Source: an uncultured bacterium (GTDB lineage: Bacteria > Schekmanbacteria > GWA2-38-11 > J061). From it: 20,192 nt of DNA. Of this stretch, positions 1 through 9,493 are shown piece after piece. The stretch lies in contig CAZJVM010000047.1 of NCBI GenBank assembly GCA_964549305.1, forward strand, positions 1 through 20,192, written 5' to 3'. Every line of letters begins with the position of its first letter. Position 1 is the first letter of the stretch. The notes below the pieces were generated by a model. It saw only the letters and a list, made by a program, of their open reading frames with translations. It did not search any database and was not told the origin of the DNA. Both the position numbers and the translations under genes were made by a program.

Positions 1-62
1 CTGTTTTTTATGGACTGAAGGCTTTCTATATGCTATTTCACGTATCTTATTGAAAACTATAA

Positions 63-554
63 ATGAAACAGTCTATGACAAAGAAAAACGAGATTCCAAA
101 CGACCTTGAGAGCAACGGATGTTTTGTCTGCGGGCCAAAAAACCCGGTCGGCTTCCATCTTCACTATTTCAGTGACGGTGAATATGTAATATCCGAATTC
201 ACTCCTTCAGAACACTACTGCGGTTTTGAAAAGATATTCCACGGAGGACTTCAGTGCACTGTCCTTGACGACCTCACGATATGGACTGTAATGGATAAAA
301 AAGGGAAGATGGGCGCAACTAAGGAATTAAAGGCAGAGTTTCTGAAGCCCGTCTACATTGACGAAAAGCTGCGCATAGAGGGGAAAATCATAGAGGAAAA
401 AGGGAATGTTTATACAGTTTCCGCCGTACTCAAAAACGAAAAAGGGAAAATCTGCACGAAAGTGGTTTCTGATGTAATCGCGGTAAACAGAGGACTTTTT
501 AAAAAACTGACCGGATGGGAACATATCCCCGAAAGCTGGGGAAAATATCTTTAA
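63..554 (+). CDS. PaaI-family (hotdog-fold) thioesterase
   Basis: 163 aa; N-terminal CFVCGxxNPxG motif, HGG...LDD catalytic segment, 'TxELxxxFLKPV' strand typical of PaaI/4HBT-like thioesterases. Alternative ATG at 75. Confidence 0.85.
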   Translation: MKQSMTKKNEIPNDLESNGCFVCGPKNPVGFHLHYFSDGEYVISEFTPSEHYCGFEKIFHGGLQCTVLDDLTIWTVMDKKGKMGATKELKAEFLKPVYIDEKLRIEGKIIEEKGNVYTVSAVLKNEKGKICTKVVSDVIAVNRGLFKKLTGWEHIPESWGKYL

Positions 555-569
555 CTCCTGCAAATCATA

Positions 570-1265
570 ATGCCTTCCATTTCATCTGACGGAAAAAAGC
601 TTCTTAAAATCTTCGAAATTTTATCGACAGAAGCAGGACCAAGGCACTGGTGGCCCGCAAGAACAAGTTTCGAAGTGATGATTGGCGCTATCCTCACGCA
701 GAATACCGCGTGGAAGAATGTAGAGAAAGCAATAGGTAATCTTAAAGAAGCGCGCATTCTTTCCTTTAATAAATTTTCGGCAACAAAAGAAAAAGAAATC
801 GCGAAACTCATCAGACCTTCAGGATATTTCAATCAGAAGGCAAAACGTCTTGTTATCTTCTGCGACTTTATAAAGAAGGAATATGGCGGCATAATTCAAA
901 AAATGAAAAGGCAGAAAACTGCCCTTCTGAGAAATCAGCTCTTAGCGCTAAACGGAATAGGTCCCGAAACTGCTGACAGCATACTTCTTTATGCGCTTGA
1001 TAAACCGGTTTTCGTAATCGACCTTTATACGAAAAGAATTCTCTCAAGGCATAATCTTTTACCATTCAGCGGGACTTATGATGAATATCAGAAATATTTT
1101 ACCGACAACCTGCCTGAGAACATAGAGCTTTTCAATGAATATCACGCCCTTCTTGTTTACTGCGGAAACAATTACTGCAGAAGAAAACCTAAGTGCGCTT
1201 CCTGTCCGCTAAAAGGATTCAACGGACATAAATCCGACCCGGACCTAAATATTCCAGAGGTATAA
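570..1265 (+). CDS. HhH-GPD base-excision repair protein, endonuclease III-related (COG2231/MJ1434-like)
   Basis: WWPA..FEVMIGAILTQNTAWKNV, IRPSGYFNQKA, HhH LALNGIGPETADSILLYA, FVID (catalytic Asp), EYHALLV and a C-terminal CRRKPKCASCP Fe-S-type motif. Confidence 0.9.
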   Translation: MPSISSDGKKLLKIFEILSTEAGPRHWWPARTSFEVMIGAILTQNTAWKNVEKAIGNLKEARILSFNKFSATKEKEIAKLIRPSGYFNQKAKRLVIFCDFIKKEYGGIIQKMKRQKTALLRNQLLALNGIGPETADSILLYALDKPVFVIDLYTKRILSRHNLLPFSGTYDEYQKYFTDNLPENIELFNEYHALLVYCGNNYCRRKPKCASCPLKGFNGHKSDPDLNIPEV

Positions 1266-1670
1266 TCCCGTAACTTCGTCATATTTTCTGACTAACTCTT
1301 CTCCCTCAAGCTCGGTTATTGAATATTCGCAGGCAAAAACCTCTGTAGGCGACATCAGATGCCCTCCATATGCCGTACCTGATTTGCCTGAAAGCGTGAC
1401 GTGAAGATGAACAAAAATATTTCCATCCTTGATCGAAACATTCCCGAAAGAAGAAATTATCTCGAGAGGTTGGTCAAAGTGCAGAGATTCGTATTGTTTG
1501 TTCTCCTGATTATAAAACCCCACAGTTGCGTCCTTCACGGCACCTATTAGCTGAACAGAGCCGGTCCTGATCTTTTTTTCCTCACAAACCTCCGTAACGC
1601 TTTTAAGAAGGTCTTTGCCGTGAGAAAGTTTGCCTGTAATTATTCTTTTTTCTCTGTATTCTCTTTTCAT
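1245..1670 (-). CDS. PPC-domain (DUF296) putative DNA-binding protein
   Basis: GxDLLxxI, IGAV, EIxSxxGNVS, HLH, GGHL and 'DEVTGLYLW' motifs. ATG at 1670 follows a GAGGTG Shine-Dalgarno, so preferred over the TTG at 1685. Confidence 0.88.
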   Translation of the reverse strand: MKREYREKRIITGKLSHGKDLLKSVTEVCEEKKIRTGSVQLIGAVKDATVGFYNQENKQYESLHFDQPLEIISSFGNVSIKDGNIFVHLHVTLSGKSGTAYGGHLMSPTEVFACEYSITELEGEELVRKYDEVTGLYLWNI

Positions 1671-1686
1671 CTTTTCACCTCTCAAA

Positions 1687-2583
1687 TTATAGCCCCATTG
1701 AAACGTATCTGTCGCGCGAATCTGGCATAATCGTTACGACCGTTTTATATTTTTCAGATACCCTTATTGCGGCGCTTACATTAGCCCCGCTTGATATCCC
1801 CACTTCATATCCGAATTTTTCATAAAGCATTTTTGATGTTTTTATTGACTCATCCGAATGTATCGCCTCAACCTCGTCAACATACTGCATATCCACAAGG
1901 TCGGGAATAAATCCGTCTCCTATGCCCTGAATCTTGTGAAGACCCGGACACCCTCCGCTCATTACGGCAGATTCAGCCGGTTCAACGGCAACGGTTTTTA
2001 AATCGGGAAATTCTTTTATGAGCCGCATCCTCACTCCCATCAATGTTCCTCCCGTGCCTGTACCCGCCACAAAAGCGTCTATTTTGCCGTCGCTCTCCAC
2101 ATGGCGGAACTGCTTCATAATTTCCCTGCCCGTTGTGGTGATATGTGTCAGGGTGTTTGTATAATTGCTGAATTGGCGCGGAATGAATGTGTTTGGTTCG
2201 GCGGCTATTTCAAAGGCCTTTTTTATAGCTCCGTCAAAGTCACTTTCCCCTACGAGAACAAGTTTCGCGCCAAGTCCGCGGATTCTTTCTATTCTTTCTT
2301 CACTCATATTCTTTGGCATCACAACAATCATTTTATATCCCTTTTCCTTTGCAACCATCGCAAAAGCTATTCCCGTATTTCCGCTTGTCGCCTCCACTAT
2401 CCTGTCACCGGGATTCAGTTCCCCAGTGATTTCAGCCATTTCCACCATAAATTTCGCTATTCTGTCCTTAACGCTTCCTGACGGATTTTTAGATTCGTCC
2501 TTTGCGTAAATCTTCCCTCCGCACCGCGAAAGCCCCTTCAATTCCACAAGGGGAGTGTTTCCTATCTTATCGAGAATTCCCAT
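1687..2583 (-). CDS. cysK: Cysteine synthase (O-acetylserine sulfhydrylase, CysK/CysM family, PLP-dependent)
   Basis: IGNTPLV, NPSGSVKDR (PLP Lys), EATSGNTG, QFxN, GTGTGGT, HKIQGIG, GISSGA. ATG at 2583 with AGGAGG SD. CysK versus CysM cannot be settled by eye. Confidence 0.85.
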   Translation of the reverse strand: MGILDKIGNTPLVELKGLSRCGGKIYAKDESKNPSGSVKDRIAKFMVEMAEITGELNPGDRIVEATSGNTGIAFAMVAKEKGYKMIVVMPKNMSEERIERIRGLGAKLVLVGESDFDGAIKKAFEIAAEPNTFIPRQFSNYTNTLTHITTTGREIMKQFRHVESDGKIDAFVAGTGTGGTLMGVRMRLIKEFPDLKTVAVEPAESAVMSGGCPGLHKIQGIGDGFIPDLVDMQYVDEVEAIHSDESIKTSKMLYEKFGYEVGISSGANVSAAIRVSEKYKTVVTIMPDSRDRYVSMGL

Positions 2584-2707
2584 CAATTATCCTCCTGATA
2601 TTCAAATAAATATTCCTTTCCCGTATAAAAACACCTTCCTCAGATTCTTTTTGCGTATTTTTTTAAAAAGCATTTAAATTGGTCTTTGTTTAAGTAATTT
2701 CATTTTT

Positions 2708-2725
2708 TTGTAAATTTTGTAACAA
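2708..2725. promoter_or_regulatory. Imperfect 18-bp palindrome resembling a Rex operator
   Basis: TTGTAAATTTTGTAACAA versus Rex consensus TTGTGAAnnnnTTCACAA (11/14 positions), in the divergent cysK/rpoZ intergenic region. The AT-rich background weakens it. Confidence 0.3.
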
Positions 2726-2777
2726 ATTTTCAAAAAACAAAACAATAATTTTTATAGTGACACACTGCAAATACATC

Positions 2778-2808
2778 TTGAGTTTTTTTCAATTTTTCTT
2801 TATATATT
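2778..2808 (+). promoter_or_regulatory. Putative sigma70 promoter for rpoZ-htpX-lon
   Basis: TTGAGT (2778-2783), 17-nt spacer, then TATATATT (2801-2808); strong AAGGAGG SD before the ATG at 2844. Confidence 0.3.
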
Positions 2809-2843
2809 AGCTTCCTATCGAATAAAAGGAGGTTTAAGCACTA

Positions 2844-3053
2844 ATGAAAAGATCACTTGAAGATGTAATTCAGGACGCATTGAGCAAAATACCGAATCCT
2901 TACGATCTCGTATGTGTCGCGTCAAAGAGGGCCAATCAGCTTACAAGCGGATATGCGCCTCTTGTTAAATCAAAGTTCGTTAAACCCGCCAGTATAACAC
3001 TTCTTGAAATTGCCGAAGGGAAAGTCAGGATTGCCCCTGAGGAAGAAGAGTAG
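2844..3053 (+). CDS. rpoZ: DNA-directed RNA polymerase subunit omega
   Basis: 69 aa; 'NPYDLVCVASKRANQL' and 'KPASITLLEIAEGKV' match the omega motifs N-x-Y/F-x-L-V-x-x-A-x-K-R-A-x-Q-L and K-P-x-x-x-A-L-x-E-I-x-x-G; AAGGAGG SD. Confidence 0.9.
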   Translation: MKRSLEDVIQDALSKIPNPYDLVCVASKRANQLTSGYAPLVKSKFVKPASITLLEIAEGKVRIAPEEEE

Positions 3054-3086
3054 AACAATCATTCTTCTCTATTGAAGGAGAAGTAA

Positions 3087-3929
3087 ATGAACGGAATGAA
3101 GACGGTAATTTTACTCTCCGCGATGATGGCACTCTTTGTCTATGTTGGAGGACTTCTCGGGGGAGAGACCGGAATGTTTTTTGCCTTTATCTTCGCCTGT
3201 TTTATGAATGTGGGAAGCTACTGGTTCAGCGACAAGATAGTGCTTAGAATTTACAAAGCTAAAGAAGTCGATGAATCATCGGCGCCTGAATTGTTTCACA
3301 CCGTAAAAGAGCTTTCCGTTGCAGGCGGACTCCCCATGCCAAGAGTCTATGTAATCCCTTCGCCCCAACCCAATGCCTTCGCCACGGGAAGAAATCCCGA
3401 GCATGCGGCAGTTGCCGTCACTGAAGGCATTCTTCAGATACTTTCCCGCGAAGAATTAAAGGGGGTGCTTGGACACGAATTGACGCACATAAGAAACAGA
3501 GACATTCTGATTTCAACTATAGCGGCGACTATCGGCGGCGCTATAAGTATGATTGCGCAAATGGCACAGTGGGCATTTCTATTCGGCGGAATGAATGACG
3601 ATGAGGAAGGCGGCGGAAATCCCATTGTTTCCCTGCTTTTAATTTTCCTTGCTCCTGTTGCGGCGATAATAATTCAGATGGCAATATCTCGCTCCAGAGA
3701 ATATCTCGCGGACGAGGGTGGTGCCAAAATATCGGGAAATCCGGAATTTCTCGCGCACGCCCTGCAACGTCTCGAGGAAGGCAGAAAAAAAATTCCTATG
3801 AATACAAACCCGTCTACGGCGCATATGTTTATCGTGAATCCTCTCGCAGGCGGCGGAATGGCAAGCCTCTTTTCCACCCACCCCCCAACGGAAGAAAGAA
3901 TTAAAAGACTTTTGCAGATGAGAATATGA
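3087..3929 (+). CDS. htpX: Membrane zinc metalloprotease HtpX (M48)
   Basis: Two N-terminal TM helices, [15 protein letters not shown] zinc motif, [28 protein letters not shown]. Confidence 0.95.
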   Translation: MNGMKTVILLSAMMALFVYVGGLLGGETGMFFAFIFACFMNVGSYWFSDKIVLRIYKAKEVDESSAPELFHTVKELSVAGGLPMPRVYVIPSPQPNAFATGRNPEHAAVAVTEGILQILSREELKGVLGHELTHIRNRDILISTIAATIGGAISMIAQMAQWAFLFGGMNDDEEGGGNPIVSLLLIFLAPVAAIIIQMAISRSREYLADEGGAKISGNPEFLAHALQRLEEGRKKIPMNTNPSTAHMFIVNPLAGGGMASLFSTHPPTEERIKRLLQMRI

Positions 3930-6331
3930 CATTTTCGAAGTTTTTTCCAAAAAAGAAGAAACCTTACACAATAAGCGAGAAGAAAAAGGCTTCATTCCCC
4001 AATGAAATTTCCCTGCTTCCTTTGAGAAACAGCGTCATTTTCCCGAATACATCGACTACAATAGCTGTGGGCAGGGAAAATTCCATCAAACTGATTACGG
4101 AAGCCCAAATCAATAAAGATATCATAGGCGTTATCGCGCAAAAGAATGAATCCGCAGAACCTCCTTTTGCAGATGATATATATTCCGTGGGCACGGCAAT
4201 ATCAATTCTTCGTGTATCGAGTATAGGGGAAAATAATCTTACCGTGGCAATACAGGGGCTGAAGAGGTTTAAAGTAAGAAAGATTCAGCGGGAAACCCCC
4301 TTTATGAGGGCAAGCGTGGAATATGTCGATGATATGCCGGAAAATGATGTGGAAACAGACGCCCTTTTTATAAGCCTGAAAGAGCTTGCCGGCAAAACAG
4401 TCTCATTGTCAAAAAACATTCCCGGCGAACTCGGACAGATGATTAACAGCATAAGCAACCCCGGAATACTCGCGGACCTTGTTTCTTCAAATCTCAGCAT
4501 AAACATAAAGGACAAGCAGAAGATTCTTGAAACATTCGATATAAAGTCGAGACTTCGCCTTGCATCTCTTCACATTAACAGGGAATTGCAGGCGCTTCAG
4601 ATTGCGGACAAAATACGTTCCGATGTGGTAGGAAATGTAACAAAGGCACAAAAGGAGTTTTACCTGAAGGAACAGCTCAAAGCCATCAAAAAAGAGCTTG
4701 GCGAATCTGACGAGGAAAATGAGATATCTGAACTCAAGGAAAAAATCAAAGAAGCGGAACTTCCCGAAGAAGCCGAAGAGGAAGCGAAGAAGGAACTTGG
4801 CAGGTTATCAAAAATGCATTCCTCTGCCGCCGAATATACCGTTTCAAGGACTTACATCGAATGGCTTGCCGACATACCATGGAATAAATATACAGAAGAC
4901 AATCTCAAACTGGACAACGTCAGGAAAATCCTCGACGATGACCATTACAACCTCGAAAAACCTAAAAAGAGAATTATCGAATATCTTGCGGTAAGAAAGC
5001 TCAAACCGGACAAAAAGGGGCCTATCCTCTGCTTTTCGGGACCACCCGGAGTGGGGAAAACGAGCCTGGGACGCTCTATCGCAAGGGCATTGGGGAAAAA
5101 ATTCATCCGCGTATCATTGGGCGGCATAAGGGACGAAGCGGAAATCAGAGGGCACAGGAAAACATATGTGGGGGCGATGCCCGGAAGAATAATACAGGGA
5201 ATTAAACGGGCGGGAGCGAAGAATCCCCTCTTTATGCTCGATGAGATAGACAAACTGGGCACGGATTTCAGAGGCGACCCTTCAAGCGCCCTTCTCGAGG
5301 TGCTTGACCCCGAACAGAATTTTGCCTTCTCTGACCACTACCTGAATGTCCCTTTTGACCTTTCTAAAGTAATGTTTATAGCAACCGCAAACGTCCTCGA
5401 ATCTATTCCTCCCGTATTGCTTGACAGAATGGAAGTGCTCAGCATCCCCGGTTACTCGGAAGAGGAAAAAACTATGATTGCCGAAAAGCATATCATACCC
5501 AAGCAGAGAGATGAGCACGGACTTTCCGGCGACGATATAGAATTCGATGCCGAATCTCTCGTGGAAATAATAAGAAACTACACGCGTGAATCTGGTTTGA
5601 GAAATCTCGAAAGGGAAATCGCCACTGTTTGCAGAGCCGTTGCAGTGGAAAAAGCCAAAGGGAAGGAAATGAAAACGAGCATTTCGGCAGAGGACATCAA
5701 CAAGTATTTGGGCGCAAAAAAATTCTTTTCCGAAACGGTTTTGCGGATAACGAGACCCGGAATAGCAACGGGACTCTCCTGGACATCCGCGGGAGGCGAA
5801 ATAATATTCATCGAAGCATCCCGGATGAAGGGCAAAGGCAACCTAATTCTGACGGGACAACTGGGAGACGTAATGAAAGAATCGGCGCGCGCGGCTCTTA
5901 CTTTTATCCGCTCACAGGCGCAGATTTTCGGTATAGACGAAAATTTCTATGAATCGGACGAAATACACATTCACGTACCCGCGGGGGCAATACCAAAAGA
6001 CGGGCCTTCCGCAGGAATAACCATATTCACCGCGCTTCTCTCCCTTCTCACTGACAAAAAAGTGAGAAAAGATATAGCGATGACAGGCGAAATAACTCTT
6101 CGCGGCACAGTGCTTCCCGTAGGCGGAATAAAGGAAAAAATTCTTGCCGCGAAAAGGGCAGGCATTAAAACAGTAATTCTTCCGGCATTGAACAGAAAAG
6201 ACGTGGAAGAGCTTTCTGAAAAAAATCTTCAGGGAATGGAATTCTTCTATATCCAGTCAATTGACGAAGCCGTTGAAAAGGTTTTCAGGGAAGATGAAAA
6301 GGACGGATTTCAAAAAGGCGTTTATGTGTGA
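3926..6331 (+). CDS. lon: ATP-dependent protease La (LonA)
   Basis: LON N-domain ([10 protein letters not shown]), Walker [10 protein letters not shown], Walker B MLDEIDK, catalytic PKDGPSAG and VGGIKEK. ATGA overlap with the htpX stop. Confidence 0.97.
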   Translation: MTFSKFFPKKKKPYTISEKKKASFPNEISLLPLRNSVIFPNTSTTIAVGRENSIKLITEAQINKDIIGVIAQKNESAEPPFADDIYSVGTAISILRVSSIGENNLTVAIQGLKRFKVRKIQRETPFMRASVEYVDDMPENDVETDALFISLKELAGKTVSLSKNIPGELGQMINSISNPGILADLVSSNLSINIKDKQKILETFDIKSRLRLASLHINRELQALQIADKIRSDVVGNVTKAQKEFYLKEQLKAIKKELGESDEENEISELKEKIKEAELPEEAEEEAKKELGRLSKMHSSAAEYTVSRTYIEWLADIPWNKYTEDNLKLDNVRKILDDDHYNLEKPKKRIIEYLAVRKLKPDKKGPILCFSGPPGVGKTSLGRSIARALGKKFIRVSLGGIRDEAEIRGHRKTYVGAMPGRIIQGIKRAGAKNPLFMLDEIDKLGTDFRGDPSSALLEVLDPEQNFAFSDHYLNVPFDLSKVMFIATANVLESIPPVLLDRMEVLSIPGYSEEEKTMIAEKHIIPKQRDEHGLSGDDIEFDAESLVEIIRNYTRESGLRNLEREIATVCRAVAVEKAKGKEMKTSISAEDINKYLGAKKFFSETVLRITRPGIATGLSWTSAGGEIIFIEASRMKGKGNLILTGQLGDVMKESARAALTFIRSQAQIFGIDENFYESDEIHIHVPAGAIPKDGPSAGITIFTALLSLLTDKKVRKDIAMTGEITLRGTVLPVGGIKEKILAAKRAGIKTVILPALNRKDVEELSEKNLQGMEFFYIQSIDEAVEKVFREDEKDGFQKGVYV

Positions 6332-6358
6332 ATATAACCTTTTTCTAAAATGTCTTAC

Positions 6359-8137
6359 CTATCTGTGTCTGTAAATCCAAAATGTCTGCGGATATCCTCC
6401 TCCTTCCCTGAGGTAGAAATGCATTGCCCTTGCCCTTTCTTCCCCGCTCATAGATTCGGGAATAACCCTTTCAACTTCCCGTAAAACCCGGTCCAAACTG
6501 CTTGTCTTTGAAATGAGAGTGTAATTCCCTTCTAAAGGAGATGTGGAAACAATAATGTCAACTTTGGCATATTCAGATTCGCTTTCTCCGATTTTTTTAA
6601 AAGTCACTTTTTCTTTGAAGGGAAACATCATTATTGGATAAGTGCCGTAAGGTTTGTGGTAGAGATTCGACTCGAGGGAATATGCCTGCCAATAGGTAAA
6701 TCCGATTTTATCGCCTTTAAGTGAATTTTCCGAAAGTGTTTTTGCCATTTTCAAAAAACCGTTATCCACACTTCTTATTCCGTTTATTTTGTATGTAAGT
6801 GTGAAACCGGTAAAAAGGAAGAAAACAAATACCGCGGCAAGAGTTATATGGGGAATATACGAAAATAATTTAGCTGTTTTGAGATTCCTTTCTAAAAAAT
6901 TCGAACAAATCCGCGCCATTGCGAAGAGAAGTGAAACACTCAGCACGCAATAGAGCGGAAAAAGATGAAGCATATAGCGAAGAAACCACACCTTCCAGCA
7001 CCCTATAATCAGGAATCCGTATAACGCGGGCATTAGGACAAGAAGATACTTTTTATCGTCACCTTCCTCTGATGACTGCCTGCCGAATACAAAAAGATTG
7101 ACCAAAAAGGCGGGCAAAAGCAAAAGGGCAATAAGCGGTGAAAGTCCCAGTTTGAGAAGTTCCGACAAATAATATTTATAACCCCACAAGGGAAGACTTC
7201 CTAACCCGGGAGAAAATTCCCTTTCTCCGGAAAGTATTTCATTCTTGAAAACTTCCATAGAAAGAAACTGCGAAGAAAAATCTTTAAAGAATATTACGGG
7301 ATGGGGAAAGACAATAAAAACACAAATCAAAAAAGAAACAACAAAAATGGCTGGCTTTATCCATACATCTTTATTTAAAAATAATCCTCTGAAAGAGGCA
7401 AATATCTTCTTGTCAGCCAAAAGGAATATTACAACCGCAATGGCAAGGAGCGCGAAGAAAAAGGAATAAAGAGGGGTTGACGATGCGCGAAGGGCAACAA
7501 AGAATAAATATATTATGAGAAGGATTAAGGGAAAAACTTTTTTAAACTGCTTAATATTGCTTACAGGTATAAAACAAAGAATAAGGAAGAAAGGAAAATA
7601 CGCCGCAATATAAAATTTCGACACTACAGAAAGCGCAAAAAATATCCCTGTTGCCGCAAGATAGACGTTTTTCTCCGAAGAAAAGAATTTTTCGAAAAAA
7701 ATCAGAACAAGTATGAATGTGAGAAGAGACGGATTTTCCGCGAGCAACCTGTGAGCGCTCATATTGAAGTAAGGCGATATAATGAAAAAAACTGACGAAA
7801 CAAAAGCCACAGGCAGAGAAAATAACCTGAGGAAAAAATAAAAAATCAAACTTACAGACACCCCTCCCATAATCAACTGAATCAACCGCGCAAAAGCGAA
7901 ACTTCCCTCTTTTCCCGCCATATAAGCCGAGATTTCCACAATAACGGGATTGGTGATTCCGTGATTGAAAAAACTCCCGGAGATATGTCCCGTAGAATAA
8001 AGCTTCATTCCGCTTCCATATTCGTAGAATTCGTCCATAAACACCTGATACTGCGTGCTTTGGCAAAGAAAAACATAGAAAATTATGAGGAGGACAAAGA
8101 GAGTTATTTTTATGTAGAAATTTTTTTCCGGGTTCAT
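6359..8137 (-). CDS. GT-C fold membrane glycosyltransferase (ArnT/PMT_2-like, GT39/GT83)
   Basis: 592 aa with many hydrophobic helices; DE motif after TM1 (FMDEFYE), 'ARLIQ', 'P..........E.P', 'G...ALSVVSK', 'RYMLHLFP', soluble C-terminal domain. Confidence 0.75.
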   Translation of the reverse strand: MNPEKNFYIKITLFVLLIIFYVFLCQSTQYQVFMDEFYEYGSGMKLYSTGHISGSFFNHGITNPVIVEISAYMAGKEGSFAFARLIQLIMGGVSVSLIFYFFLRLFSLPVAFVSSVFFIISPYFNMSAHRLLAENPSLLTFILVLIFFEKFFSSEKNVYLAATGIFFALSVVSKFYIAAYFPFFLILCFIPVSNIKQFKKVFPLILLIIYLFFVALRASSTPLYSFFFALLAIAVVIFLLADKKIFASFRGLFLNKDVWIKPAIFVVSFLICVFIVFPHPVIFFKDFSSQFLSMEVFKNEILSGEREFSPGLGSLPLWGYKYYLSELLKLGLSPLIALLLLPAFLVNLFVFGRQSSEEGDDKKYLLVLMPALYGFLIIGCWKVWFLRYMLHLFPLYCVLSVSLLFAMARICSNFLERNLKTAKLFSYIPHITLAAVFVFFLFTGFTLTYKINGIRSVDNGFLKMAKTLSENSLKGDKIGFTYWQAYSLESNLYHKPYGTYPIMMFPFKEKVTFKKIGESESEYAKVDIIVSTSPLEGNYTLISKTSSLDRVLREVERVIPESMSGEERARAMHFYLREGGGYPQTFWIYRHR

Positions 8138-8246
8138 TTAATTTTTTTTTAATATTACCTGTGTTAAAGAATATTTATTATACCTTAACCAAAAGTACGA
8201 ATTCAAAAAGCTTTTTGTGTTAAGGAAAACTCTGCGGGAATCATTT

Positions 8247-9461
8247 ATGACAACTATTGCGGACTTTCATATCCACTCCAGATTCAGTCTTGCCACAAGT
8301 CCGCTTATGGTGCCCGAATTCATCGCCGAATATGCCGCAATAAAGGGAGTTCACGTAGTCGGTACGGGAGATTTCATCCATCCCGAATATTTGTCCATCC
8401 TGCGAAAAACTCTTAAAGAGAAAGCCAAAGGGTTGTATTGCCTTAAGGACAGCAAAAGAAAAACGCTCTTTATACCAACCGTGGAGGTATGCAACATATT
8501 CAAACACGCAGGCAGGACAAAAAAAATTCACACGCTCATCTTCTCTCCTTCACTCGAAGAATGCGGGAAGATTTCAAAATCACTGGAAGACCTGGGAAAA
8601 ATCAGTTCCAACGGAAGACCCGTATTCTGCATCCATATCAGGGAATTAATGAAAAGAGTCCTCGATGTTTGTGAAGATTCTTTCTTCATCCCCGCGCATA
8701 TATGGACTCCCTGGTTTTCCCTTTTGGGTGCATTTTCCGGATTTGATTCACCTGATGAGTGCTTCGGAGAAATGACAGAGCATATATTTTCACTTGAAAC
8801 GGGACTTTCATCTGACCCCGAAATGAACAGGCGTGTTTCCATTCTCGACAAATTCACGCTCGTTTCAAACTCCGACGCGCACTCCCCTTCGGTAATAGGA
8901 AGGGAAGCAACGGCATTCACTTCAATTAAAAACTTCGACGCGCTCAAAAAGATGCTTATGAAAAAATCGCGTACCGATAAACTCCTTTACACTGTTGAAT
9001 TTCACCCTCAGGAGGGGAAATATTTTGCGGACGGGCACAGAAAGTGCTCTCTTATCCTTACGCCTGAGGAAACAAGAAAATATAAAGATCTGTGTCCACG
9101 GTGCGGAGGAAAAATAACCAAAGGAGTGCTCAACAGGGTAAAGGCGCTTTCAGACAGGAAAAAGGGAATTGGATTCGATGATGTCAATAAAGCAAAACAC
9201 CTTATTCCGCTGGAAAATATCCTTTCATTTGTCACCGGAAGAGGTAATAAAACCAAAACCGTTCAAAATGTCTACAATAAACTCATTGCCGAAACAGGCA
9301 GTGAATTTTATATTTTGACTGAAGCGCAAAAGGATGAAATAGAATATCCGGCAGGAGAGGAAATCGCAGATGCAATAATAAATGCGCGTCAGGGAAATCT
9401 TGATATCACACCCGGTTATGACGGCGTTTACGGAAAAATATCCATCGGAACTTCAGTATAA
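8247..9461 (+). CDS. PHP-domain nuclease with Zn ribbon, endonuclease Q / TIGR00375-like
   Basis: ADFHIHSRFS, GTGD, PAHIWTPW, ETGLSSD, SNSDAHS..IGRE, GKY..DGHRKC...CPRC, KGVLNRV, PGYDGVYG. ATG 8247 fits the family N-terminus; the ORF track starts at GTG 8217. Confidence 0.85.
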   Translation: MTTIADFHIHSRFSLATSPLMVPEFIAEYAAIKGVHVVGTGDFIHPEYLSILRKTLKEKAKGLYCLKDSKRKTLFIPTVEVCNIFKHAGRTKKIHTLIFSPSLEECGKISKSLEDLGKISSNGRPVFCIHIRELMKRVLDVCEDSFFIPAHIWTPWFSLLGAFSGFDSPDECFGEMTEHIFSLETGLSSDPEMNRRVSILDKFTLVSNSDAHSPSVIGREATAFTSIKNFDALKKMLMKKSRTDKLLYTVEFHPQEGKYFADGHRKCSLILTPEETRKYKDLCPRCGGKITKGVLNRVKALSDRKKGIGFDDVNKAKHLIPLENILSFVTGRGNKTKTVQNVYNKLIAETGSEFYILTEAQKDEIEYPAGEEIADAIINARQGNLDITPGYDGVYGKISIGTSV

Positions 9462-9493
9462 TTTTTTTTCAGCTTCATAATAAGGAGGTAGAA

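Noticed and set aside
2834-2860. CIRCE (HrcA) element ahead of rpoZ-htpX-lon
   Set aside because: TTAAGCACTA resembles one half-site, but there is no GAGTGCTAA partner 9 nt downstream.
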